DNA of 63,925 bases, filler included. It is 8 parts of 8 records of this genome, joined end to end, with 100 filler letters (N's around TTAATTAATTAA, not from the genome) between each part and the next. Parts side by side here need not be neighbours in the genome. Positions count along the whole stretch, not along the records: positions 28,660 to 39,951 come from SRR2962707_2833; positions 40,052 to 45,699 come from SRR2962707_2844; 6 more parts are not named here. The stretch is one strand, 5' to 3'. How positions within the stretch are numbered: position 1 is the first letter of the stretch; each line of letters starts with the position of its first letter. The notes below the pieces were generated by a model. The model had not been told where the DNA came from. It searched no databases and was given only the letters and a program-made list of their open reading frames with translations. The position numbers and the translations under genes were made by a program. This document shows, piece after piece, positions 31,552-40,485 of the stretch.

Positions 31552-32166
31552 TTAAGACCCCGATATCAGGGCTGCCGCCTCGCTGCAGGTCATGGTTTTC
31601 GCCACCGTCGACAAATCGCCAATGGCGCGCTCATGCGTCTCGGCAGAGAACGCCGCACAGCCATCACTGAGCACATAGGTCGAAAAATCCCGCACATGCG
31701 CATCGCGCACGGTGGACGCAACGCCGCCATTGGTGACGATACCGCAGACCATAAGCGTGTCGATGCCGGCCTTGCGCAACACCCATTCAAGCCGCGTCAT
31801 GTAAAACGCCGAATAGGCCACTTTCTCCACTGACAGATCGGGTGGCTGCAGCTCGTCCACCAGCGCATGCCCCCAGCTGCCCGGCGCAAAGTCGCCTTTG
31901 GTCAGAAACGGCCGGATTTGCTTGAGGTGCGGCGAGATGAATGGCTCCGCGCCCTTCCCCGGCACCAGCGTGAACTGCGTCGAGATGATCCAGCCGCCTT
32001 TTTGCCTGAGCGCATTGGCAACCGGCAACACTCGCGCCGGCAGCGCGGCAATATCCGCACTCTTCTGGTTGCCACGCGCATAGGCACCATCCGGATGCAG
32101 AAAGTCGTTTTGAAGATCCACAATCAGCAGGCCTGTGCGGGTCGGATCGAAGGGTTGAGCTGCCAT
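31552..32166 (-). CDS. Isochorismatase-family hydrolase
   Basis: LLIVDLQNDF, EKVAYSAF, GIVTNGGVASTVRDA and DGCAA. Confidence 0.88.
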   Translation of the reverse strand: MAAQPFDPTRTGLLIVDLQNDFLHPDGAYARGNQKSADIAALPARVLPVANALRQKGGWIISTQFTLVPGKGAEPFISPHLKQIRPFLTKGDFAPGSWGHALVDELQPPDLSVEKVAYSAFYMTRLEWVLRKAGIDTLMVCGIVTNGGVASTVRDAHVRDFSTYVLSDGCAAFSAETHERAIGDLSTVAKTMTCSEAAALISGS

Positions 32167-32169
32167 TGT

Positions 32170-34233
32170 CTAGGCTCCCTGAACGCTGCTGGGCGTGATC
32201 ACAAGATTGCCGAAGCCATCAACCACCGCGACAAGGCCGGGATCGACGAAGATCGTGGTATCGGCCTGTTCCAGCAGTGCCGGCCCGGAAACCGACGCCC
32301 CGACCGCAAGCGGCAAGCGTTCATAAACCCCGGCTTCGTGCCATGCACCATCGGCGAACACCCGGCGCGTTCCGATCCGGCAGGCATCCGCAGCCTTGCC
32401 ATCAACCGGGGCGAACACCGCCATGTCGAGTTTCGGCCGGCGGCCGATCACTGCAATCCGGTAATTCATCACTCGCATCGGGATTCCATCGAGAAGCCGG
32501 CCATAGGCTTCGCGATAGGCGTTTTCGAAGGCCTCACGGATATGCTGCGACGTCAGCCCCGATTGCGGAATCTCAATCGCAACATTCACCGTATGGGTCT
32601 GCCCGAGATAGAGCATGTCGAGTTCGACCACCCGGTCGACCCGCGCAAAGGCAACGCCGGCATTTTCCAGCAGCGCTTCGGTCTCGTCACCGACGCGCAC
32701 CATCTCTGCGCCAAGTTCTGCAGCATCAATCTGGTCGAGCAGCCGGTTGACCGTCTGCACCCGGTCGTGGCGCATGTCGGCCACGACGCAGCCGAGTGCC
32801 GAGGTGACACCCGGAAACCGCGGAACCAGTGCTGACGCCAGTCCCACTTCCTTGATCAGCGCGCCGGTGTGAAGAGCGCCGCCGCCGCCAAATGGCATGG
32901 CCGAGAATTTGGCCGGATCATGGCCTTTTTCGATCGACACCAGGCGGATGGCACCGGCCATCTTGGCATTGGCAAGCTGCAGGATCGCTTCCGCCGCCTG
33001 CTCGATGGACAGCCCCAGCGGTGCGGCCAGATGCGTATCGATCGCCTGCCGCGCGGCTTCAACATCAAGCCGCGCAAGTTTGCCTCCGATCGGGCGGTCA
33101 GGATTGATACGACCGAGCACCACATTGGCGTCGGTGACTGTCGGCCGGTCATTGCCGAGCCCATAGCAGACAGGACCTGGATCGGAACCAGCCGATTCCG
33201 GCCCGACCTGCAGCAACCCGCCCTTGTCGAGCGATGCAATCGAGCCACCGCCGGCGCCGATCGTGGTGATCTCGATCATCGGTGTGCGCACGACCATGCC
33301 GAAATCGATTGCCGTCTGCGCCGCCAGCGCTGCTTCATTGTTGGCGACCAGCGACACATCGAACGAGGTGCCGCCCATGTCGCAGGTAATGATGTTGTCA
33401 AAGCCCGCAGCCTTGGCAATCGCGGTGGCAGCGATCACGCCGGCAGCCGGACCCGAGAGCGCGGTCTTCACCGGATAGCGTTTGGCCATGTCGATAGACA
33501 TCACGCCGCCATTCGACTGCACGATCAGGATGTCGCCGCCAAAGCCCTTGGCCTCAAGCCCCTTTTCCAGCTTGTCGAGATAGGAGGAGACGACCGGCTG
33601 CAGATAGGCATTCAGCGTCGCCGTCGACAACCGCTCGAATTCGCGGATCTCCGGCAGGATTTCGGTTGCGGCCGTAACATAGGCATTGGGCCAGACAGAG
33701 CGCACGGCTTCAACAGCGCGTTTTTCGTTCTCGTTGTTGGCGTAGCCATTGATAAAGAACACGCAGACCGCCTCGCAGCCGGCCTCCGAGAGTTCAGTCG
33801 CCCGCGCCTTGACCTGCGCTTCATCAACGCCCTCAAGCACGGTGCCATCCGCCAGCACCCGCTCGCTGACCTCGACACGGTCGGGCCGCTCCACCACCGG
33901 GGTGAAGGATCCTTTCAGACCCCAGGTTGTCGGCCGGTCGCGGCGGCGCATTTCCAGCACATCGCGAAAGCCTTCGGTGGTGATGATGCCGGTGCGCGCG
34001 CCCTTGCGCTCAAGCAGCGCATTGGTGCCGACCGTCGTGCCGTGCACAACCGTGGAAATGTCGGCAAAATTGTCGACCTTGCTGGCAATGCCTTCGACAA
34101 AGCCTTTCGACTGGTCGCCGCGGGTGGAAGGCACCTTGGCGGTGAACACCTGGCCGTTGCTTTCGTCCAGAATGAAGACATCGGTAAAGGTGCCGCCAAC
34201 GTCGACGCCGATTACATAGGCTGGTCGTGTCAT
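32170..34233 (-). CDS. Hydantoinase A / oxoprolinase ATP-binding subunit
   Basis: GVDVGGTFTD, HGTTVGTNALLE, SGPAAG, DMGGTSFD, TIGAGGGS and FGGGGALH. Confidence 0.94.
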   Translation of the reverse strand: MTRPAYVIGVDVGGTFTDVFILDESNGQVFTAKVPSTRGDQSKGFVEGIASKVDNFADISTVVHGTTVGTNALLERKGARTGIITTEGFRDVLEMRRRDRPTTWGLKGSFTPVVERPDRVEVSERVLADGTVLEGVDEAQVKARATELSEAGCEAVCVFFINGYANNENEKRAVEAVRSVWPNAYVTAATEILPEIREFERLSTATLNAYLQPVVSSYLDKLEKGLEAKGFGGDILIVQSNGGVMSIDMAKRYPVKTALSGPAAGVIAATAIAKAAGFDNIITCDMGGTSFDVSLVANNEAALAAQTAIDFGMVVRTPMIEITTIGAGGGSIASLDKGGLLQVGPESAGSDPGPVCYGLGNDRPTVTDANVVLGRINPDRPIGGKLARLDVEAARQAIDTHLAAPLGLSIEQAAEAILQLANAKMAGAIRLVSIEKGHDPAKFSAMPFGGGGALHTGALIKEVGLASALVPRFPGVTSALGCVVADMRHDRVQTVNRLLDQIDAAELGAEMVRVGDETEALLENAGVAFARVDRVVELDMLYLGQTHTVNVAIEIPQSGLTSQHIREAFENAYREAYGRLLDGIPMRVMNYRIAVIGRRPKLDMAVFAPVDGKAADACRIGTRRVFADGAWHEAGVYERLPLAVGASVSGPALLEQADTTIFVDPGLVAVVDGFGNLVITPSSVQGA

Positions 34234-35966
34234 TGGGCTGTCTCCCGGGCGCGCAGATCTCGTGTGGCGGCTTCATCAACGGACCCATCGGGTCCGATAA
34301 CGACGCCGTAGTCGGCCTCGGTGTGCTCAGCCGTGATGTAGCCAAGGCGCAGATCGCGCGCGACGCTTTCAGGGTTTCGCTCAAGGGCGTGGCCGTAACC
34401 GCCGCCGCCCGGCGTTTCCAGCCGCAGCTTCTGGCCACGGTCAATGCGGACACCAACGATCTTTGAAGCCATTGGCGGCACGTGCTCGCCGTCTGCCTGC
34501 TCATAATGGAATGTGTTCAAGGCACCTGCCCCGCCACCAACTACGCCGGGCGGAGGAAACCGCCCGCGCTCGCCGAACAGAAAGACATCAGCCTGCTTTT
34601 CCAGAAGCTCGATCTCGTAGATCGCTCCGAGACCGCCGCGATATTCGCCCGCTCCCCCGGAATCCGGTCTGAGAGCCCACTTTGTAAACCTCACCGGATA
34701 GGCCGCCTCGAGGATTTCCAGTGGTGGTATCGTGGCCGTGGAGATCGGCGCATTGCCATGGTTGAGTCCGTCGCCGGCCCCATGCGCGCCGTGGCCGCCG
34801 CCGAAAAACGAGAACATCACCCAGCGCTGGCCATTGGCGCGGTGGCCGGCCAGCGACAGCGCGTTAATGGTGCCGTAAGCGCAGGCCATTGCCGGTTCGG
34901 GCGCAATCTGCGCCACCGCCTGAAACACCACGTCGATCAACCGCAGGATGGTCTCAGTATAGCCGCCAACCGGTTTTGGCGCGCGGACAGAGAGCAGCGA
35001 ATCCTCATCAATGCGGAATTCGACCGGCTCCAGCACCCCGGCATTGGCCGGCACATCACCGAAGATGTGCTTGAGCGCCACATAACAGGCGGCAATCGTC
35101 GTCGCCCGCGAGATGTTGACCGGACCGGCACAGGCTGGCGAGGAGCGCGAAAAATCCATCACCATTGTGTCGCCATCGATGATCAGGTCGAGCGCAATCT
35201 TCAGCGGCTCGTCATTGATGCCGTCATTGTCGAGAAAATCTTCCGCCGAGACCGTGCCCGAAGGCAGATTGGAGATCTGTGCTCGCATCATCTGCGCCGC
35301 GCGCGCCGTCAGCTCGCCCATGCAGTCGGCCACCTTGGCGTCGCCATACTCGTCGAGCAAAGCGTTCATGCGCTTTTCGCCAAGCTGCAGCGCATTGATC
35401 TGGCCGTTGAGATCGCCATACAGCGAGAGCGGCAACCGCGAGTTGGCAGACAGGATATCGACAATGTCCTGGCGGAACTCGCCGCGGTCATAGAGCTTGA
35501 CCGGCGGGATCAGCATGCCTTCCTGGAAACATTCGGTCGCGGCCGGATTGTAGTTGCCCGGCACATTGCCGCCGACATCATGCCAATGCCCGACGGACGC
35601 CAGGTAGCAGAACACTTCGCCATCGCGGAACACCGGCTTGACCAGCCGGAAGTCGGACAAATGCGTGCCGCCATCATAGGGATCATTGAAGATCCAGACG
35701 TCACCCTCGTGCACGCCACCCTGTTTGGCCGCCTTGTCGATCACCGCCTTGACCGCAAACGCCATGACGCCGACGAAAATCGGCAGACCGGATTTCCCCT
35801 GCACCAGCGTGTCGCCGGTACTGGCATCATAGATGCCGTGCGAGGCGTCATGCGCCTCCGCAATGATCGGATTGAACGCGGAGCGGAACAGCGTCGCGTC
35901 CATCTCATCGGCGATCTGTTCGAGGCGGCCCTTGAGGATGGCCAGTGTGACCGGATCAATCGTCAT
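34230..35966 (-). CDS. Hydantoinase B / oxoprolinase subunit
   Basis: DPVTLAI, NDPYDGGTHLSD, HWHDVGG, DSGGAGEYRGG and TPGGGGYG. Confidence 0.94.
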   Translation of the reverse strand: MTIDPVTLAILKGRLEQIADEMDATLFRSAFNPIIAEAHDASHGIYDASTGDTLVQGKSGLPIFVGVMAFAVKAVIDKAAKQGGVHEGDVWIFNDPYDGGTHLSDFRLVKPVFRDGEVFCYLASVGHWHDVGGNVPGNYNPAATECFQEGMLIPPVKLYDRGEFRQDIVDILSANSRLPLSLYGDLNGQINALQLGEKRMNALLDEYGDAKVADCMGELTARAAQMMRAQISNLPSGTVSAEDFLDNDGINDEPLKIALDLIIDGDTMVMDFSRSSPACAGPVNISRATTIAACYVALKHIFGDVPANAGVLEPVEFRIDEDSLLSVRAPKPVGGYTETILRLIDVVFQAVAQIAPEPAMACAYGTINALSLAGHRANGQRWVMFSFFGGGHGAHGAGDGLNHGNAPISTATIPPLEILEAAYPVRFTKWALRPDSGGAGEYRGGLGAIYEIELLEKQADVFLFGERGRFPPPGVVGGGAGALNTFHYEQADGEHVPPMASKIVGVRIDRGQKLRLETPGGGGYGHALERNPESVARDLRLGYITAEHTEADYGVVIGPDGSVDEAATRDLRARETAQ

Positions 35967-36832
35967 GCGTCGCTGTCTCCATCATAGCGCTTGCCGGTCG
36001 CGAGCAGATCATTCGTACCGATCACGCCATTCAACCCGGCGAAATCGAACATGCGGTTGCGGAAGGCCTCGTTTGAGCCTGATGCCGCCAGATTGGCGTA
36101 GTAGTCGCGCGCGGTTGCGGCGATGGCGCGCACGATTCCGCCCGGAAAGATGACGAAGCTGAAACCTAGTTCCTGCAGGCCGGCCGCATTGATGATCGGC
36201 GTCTTGCCGCCCTCCACCATGTTGGCCATCAGCGGCACCCGGCCACCGAAGCGTTTCACAATCTGATGGATCTCTTCCATCGATTGCGGCGCCTCGATGA
36301 ACAGCATGTCGGCCCCGGCCTCGACATAGGCCTCGGCCCGGTCCATCGCCGCATCGAAGCCTTCGACCGCGATGGCGTCAGTGCGGCCGATCACCAGCGT
36401 CTCATCCGACTGGCGGGCATCGCAAGCAGCCCGGATCTTGCCCGCCATCTCGCCCTTCGAGATCAGCGACTTTCCATCAAGATGGCCGCAGCGCTTCGGC
36501 ATAGTCTGATCTTCGAGCTGCAGCGCATTAGCGCCCATGCGTTCAAACACCCGCACCGTGCGTTGCACGTTGAGCGCGTTGCCAAAACCATTGTCGGCAT
36601 CAACGATGATCGGCAGCGTGATCCGGTCGCGCAACGCCGCGATGGTGTCGGCGACTTCACTCATCGAGACTAGTCCGATATCGGGTCGCCCAAACCGCGT
36701 GTAGGCGATGGATGCGCCCGACAGATAGACAGCCTCGGCGCCCGATTGTTCGGCGATCAGCCCTGTCAGAGCATCATAGACACCGGGTGCAAGCAGGATT
36801 TCCGCTTGGCCCAGCCGTTGTTTCAGGCTCAT
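35963..36832 (-). CDS. Isocitrate lyase/PEP mutase family C-C lyase (PrpB / 2,3-dimethylmalate lyase-like)
   Basis: PGVYD, YLSG, DADNGFG, EDQ..PKRCGH, GRTD and NMVEGGKTP. Confidence 0.9.
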   Translation of the reverse strand: MSLKQRLGQAEILLAPGVYDALTGLIAEQSGAEAVYLSGASIAYTRFGRPDIGLVSMSEVADTIAALRDRITLPIIVDADNGFGNALNVQRTVRVFERMGANALQLEDQTMPKRCGHLDGKSLISKGEMAGKIRAACDARQSDETLVIGRTDAIAVEGFDAAMDRAEAYVEAGADMLFIEAPQSMEEIHQIVKRFGGRVPLMANMVEGGKTPIINAAGLQELGFSFVIFPGGIVRAIAATARDYYANLAASGSNEAFRNRMFDFAGLNGVIGTNDLLATGKRYDGDSDA

Positions 36833-37335
36833 GCGCCTGCCTCCTTTGCGCGTTCCGCTGCGAAACGCTTTTTCAAATGCGGCACCAGCCCGCCATCGGC
36901 GAGCATCGGCTTGAGATTGTCCGGCAACGGCTCGAGCCGGACAGTTTGGTTTTTGCCGATCAATTGCAGTTCACCCGCGACCGGATCGAGCCCCGCGGCA
37001 TCACCATCAGCAATCCCCTCAACATCATCCGCAACCAGCACCGGCAGGCCGAGATTGAGAGCATTACGATAGAATATCCCGGCAAACGACTTGGCGACGA
37101 CACCGGCAACACCAAGATGCTTCAAGGCTTCCGCCGCCTGTTCACGTGACGACCCCATGCCGAAATTCTTGCCTGCCACGATCACGTCACCGGGTTTCAC
37201 CGATCCGGCGAAATCCGGCCGAGCCGATTCCAGGCAATGGGCGGCGAGCATGTCGAGACCGCCCTTCATGTACTGGCCCGGCGCCAGCTGGTCGGTATCG
37301 ATGTCATCGCCAAGAAGGAAAATCCGCCCGCTCAT
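36829..37335 (-). CDS. LeuD/HacB/DmdB-like small subunit
   Basis: DDIDTD, NFGMGSSREQA and SFAGIFYRNA. Confidence 0.9.
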   Translation of the reverse strand: MSGRIFLLGDDIDTDQLAPGQYMKGGLDMLAAHCLESARPDFAGSVKPGDVIVAGKNFGMGSSREQAAEALKHLGVAGVVAKSFAGIFYRNALNLGLPVLVADDVEGIADGDAAGLDPVAGELQLIGKNQTVRLEPLPDNLKPMLADGGLVPHLKKRFAAERAKEAGA

Positions 37336-38612
37336 GCCGCGCCCTCCGCGATCAGGAACTCGCGCGGATCGGCAATGCATCCGGTAACAGCGGATGCCGC
37401 CACCGTCAGCGGCGAGGCCAGCCAGACCTTTGAGGACGCTGCGCCCATGCGGCCCTGAAAATTGCGCGCGGTGGAGGAAATGCAGGTCACGTCTTCGCCA
37501 AGCCGGTCCGTGCCGTAGCCCGCGCAAATTCCACAGGCATTGGGCAGGATCTGCGCACCGGCATCCTCGAAGACGGCCATGATGCCCTCGTCCGCCGCGC
37601 GCTGCTGATCCCGCATCGAAGCGGGCGCAACCTTCAGCACAATGCCGGGCGCCAGCTTGCGGCCGCGAAGGATCGCCGCAGCGCCTTTCAGATCCTCATA
37701 TTTGGCCCCGGTGCAGGCACCGATATAGGCGACGTCAAAACTCGTTTCGGGTGCTTCAGTCACCGGCATCGCATTGGCCGGTGAGTGTGGGGCTGCCACT
37801 TGCGGTTCCAGCGTCGATGCATCGAAAACATGGTGCGCAGCGAGTTCCGCGCCCGGATCGGTCACAAACCCGCGCCAGTCACCAGCCGACCCGCTGACAC
37901 TGTCGAGATAGGCTTCGGTCGTCGCATCCGGCGCGATCAGCCCGGCCTGACCGCCAAGTTCGGCCGCCATGTTGGAAAGCGTCATCCGCTCCTGCATTGA
38001 CAGCGCCGCAATCGCCTCGCCAGTATATTCCACCGCCTGGTACTGTCCGCCATCCATGCCCAACTTGCCGCAAAGCGCCAGCATGATGTCCTTGGCGAGC
38101 ACGCCCGGTGAAAGCCGCCCCTGCCATTCGATCAGGATGGTGCCAGGGACCTTGAGCCAGATCTCGCCGGTGGCCAGAACGCCGGCCATTTCCGTGGCGC
38201 CGATGCCGAACATATAGGCCCCGAAGGCGCCACCTGTTGGTGAATGACTGTCTCCGCCGACAACAAGCATGCCGGGTTTCAAGTGTCCGCGTTCGGGCAG
38301 AACCACATGGCAGATGCCTTCGCCGTCGTGAAAAGCGACCTTGCGCTCCTTGGCCCAACGGCGGGTCAATTCGAGAATGTGCGCGCCCTCATCGGTATCG
38401 CCAGGCACGAAATGATCCGAAATCAGCACCACTTTCGAGGCATCGAACAGCCCAACACCAAGTTCCTGCAGGATCGGCTCGACCCGGCGCGGACCGCCCG
38501 AATCGTGGATCATGGCCAGATCGACACGAGCCGTAACCACTTCGCCCGGACGGACAATTTCCAGTCCGGCAGCGCGTGCAATGATCTTTTGAGCAAGCGT
38601 GGACGCCATCAT
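37332..38612 (-). CDS. LeuC/HacA/DmdA-like 4Fe-4S hydratase large subunit
   Basis: GICH, DSHS, IGACTG, CGICAG and STARNFQGRMG; short (~426 aa) type. Confidence 0.92.
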   Translation of the reverse strand: MMASTLAQKIIARAAGLEIVRPGEVVTARVDLAMIHDSGGPRRVEPILQELGVGLFDASKVVLISDHFVPGDTDEGAHILELTRRWAKERKVAFHDGEGICHVVLPERGHLKPGMLVVGGDSHSPTGGAFGAYMFGIGATEMAGVLATGEIWLKVPGTILIEWQGRLSPGVLAKDIMLALCGKLGMDGGQYQAVEYTGEAIAALSMQERMTLSNMAAELGGQAGLIAPDATTEAYLDSVSGSAGDWRGFVTDPGAELAAHHVFDASTLEPQVAAPHSPANAMPVTEAPETSFDVAYIGACTGAKYEDLKGAAAILRGRKLAPGIVLKVAPASMRDQQRAADEGIMAVFEDAGAQILPNACGICAGYGTDRLGEDVTCISSTARNFQGRMGAASSKVWLASPLTVAASAVTGCIADPREFLIAEGAA

Positions 38613-39313
38613 GCCAGTCCCAGATAGGAGCGCTGCAATTCCGGATCATCCATCAAATCGGCAGGAATGCCCGACAGCTTGATCTCGCCGTTCTCCATCA
38701 CGAAGGCACGATCCGCGATTTCCATGGATTGCAGCACATTCTGCTCGACCAGCAAAATGGTCAGCCCGTCCGTGTTAAGCTGCTTGATCAGCGAAAACAT
38801 CTCCTCGACCAGCAACGGCGACAGGCCGATCGACGGCTCATCGAGAATAAGCAGCAGAGGTTCGGCCATCATGCCCCGGCCAATGGCCAGCATCTGCTGC
38901 TCGCCACCCGACAAGGTGCCGGCGTTTTGCGAAAAGCGTTCCCGCAGACGCGGGAATATTTCTGCCACATGCTCGATGTTGCGGGTCCGGTTGGCCTTGC
39001 CACGCCGGTAGCTTCCGAGTTCGAGGTTTTCGCGCACCGTCATGTTGGGAAACACGTGTCGGCCTTCGGGAACCTGGATCAGCCCCTCGTCGACAATCGC
39101 CTGTGGCGAGAAACCCGCAATCGGCTTGCCCTCGAATGTGATCGCGCCGCTCCAGGGCTGCATCAGTCCGGAAACAACAGCCGAGAACGTCGTCTTGCCG
39201 ACGCCGTTTGAACCAAGCAGCGTGACGATTTCGCCCTTGCTGATCGACAGGTCGATGCCACGCAGCACTTCGACTGCACCATAACCGGCGCGCAGATTGG
39301 TAACTTCAAGCAC
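38609..39313 (-). CDS. Branched-chain-type ABC ATPase, LivF-like
   Basis: GSNGVGKT, VPEGR, LSGGEQQMLA, LDEPS and VEQN. Confidence 0.92.
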   Translation of the reverse strand: MLEVTNLRAGYGAVEVLRGIDLSISKGEIVTLLGSNGVGKTTFSAVVSGLMQPWSGAITFEGKPIAGFSPQAIVDEGLIQVPEGRHVFPNMTVRENLELGSYRRGKANRTRNIEHVAEIFPRLRERFSQNAGTLSGGEQQMLAIGRGMMAEPLLLILDEPSIGLSPLLVEEMFSLIKQLNTDGLTILLVEQNVLQSMEIADRAFVMENGEIKLSGIPADLMDDPELQRSYLGLA

Positions 39314-39951
39314 TGGCTGCCTCCCGCCTGGCAATGCGTTCGGCCATGCCCTTGCCGAGATAGGCTTCGATGACGTGGGGATCGGAGACCACATTCTTGG
39401 GTGGCCCTTCGGCGATGATCGCGCCCTGGTTCAGCACCCAGGTGTAATCCGAGAGACTCATCACTGCCTGCATCACATGTTCGATCAGCAAGATGGTTAC
39501 GCCCGCATCGCGGATGGCATTGATCACCGGAATCACATCGCGGATCTCCGACGGGTTGAGCCCGGCAAGCACCTCGTCAAACAGGATCATCTTCGGGTCT
39601 GTCGCCAAGGCCCGCGCCACTTCCAGCCGTTTGCGCCCGGCGACCGTCAGCGAACCGGCATCCATGTCGAGCCGGTCACCGAGACCGACCTGCTGAGCCA
39701 CCGCTTCGGCCTTGGCCAGCGCCTCGGCGCGGCCGCGGATCTTCAGATGCGCACCCACGGCAATGTTCTCCCGCACGGTCTGACCGGCGAACGGCTGCAC
39801 GGTCTGGAATGTGCGGATCATGCCACGCTTCGCGATCGCCTCGGGCGGCAAGCCCGTAATGTCTTCACCGAGAAACCGGACCGATCCGGAATCGGGCGTG
39901 TGGAAGCCGGTGATCAGCGCAAACAGCGTGGTCTTGCCGGCGCCGTTGGGG
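39306..39951 (-). CDS. Branched-chain-type ABC ATPase, LivG-like (5'-truncated)
   Basis: PNGAGKTT, RTFQ, DEVLAGL, IEH and EAYLG. Confidence 0.9.
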
Positions 39952-40051
39952 NNNNNNNNNNNNNNNNNNNNNNNNNNNNNNNNNNNNNNNNNNNNTTAAT
40001 TAATTAANNNNNNNNNNNNNNNNNNNNNNNNNNNNNNNNNNNNNNNNNNNN
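39952..40051. other. Artificial contig spacer
   Basis: N run + TTAATTAATTAA + N run. Confidence 0.99.
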
Positions 40052-40485
40052 TGCGTGCGTGCGTGCGTGTGTGTGTGTGCCTCAGTAGGAGCTGTTGGCA
40101 GGCTTGGCGTTGAAAGAGTTCGATCGTCGCTCTTTGTACCTATCGAGTCTGGGCGCCCTTTCTTGCGTCGTCTGCCTCGACGTCTTTCGTTCCGTAGTTG
40201 GTTGCCTCGTTGCGTGGGGCGCTGTGTCCGTTTGTGTTGAGTTGTTCCTTGCTTTCTGCGTTTCTCTGTTTCTTGCTTTTTGGGCGAAGTGAGAGAGGAC
40301 GGCTTCGACGTGGTTGCGCACGCTCTCCGCGAACTGCAGTAGCCCCACCACCCACCTGTCGACACGCCGCACACCACGCTGCCACCAATAACTCACTGGC
40401 CCTGCGCATACGCACGCACGTGCGTGGGCCTCGCAGCCCGCCGTTGCAGCTTCTGTGGAGTTTGGGGAAACTGCGAGTTGGAAAG

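Noticed and set aside
32869-35987. Long plus-strand ORFs (480 and 501 aa) opposite the hydantoinase genes, and similar antisense ORFs at 13743-14966, 15276-16493 and 44684-45751
   Set aside because: These are shadow ORFs expected in high-GC coding DNA; they have no recognisable motifs.
36829-38612. Calling these genes housekeeping leuC/leuD
   Set aside because: They are the short HacA/DmdA type and sit in a catabolic operon without leuA or leuB, so gene symbols were withheld.
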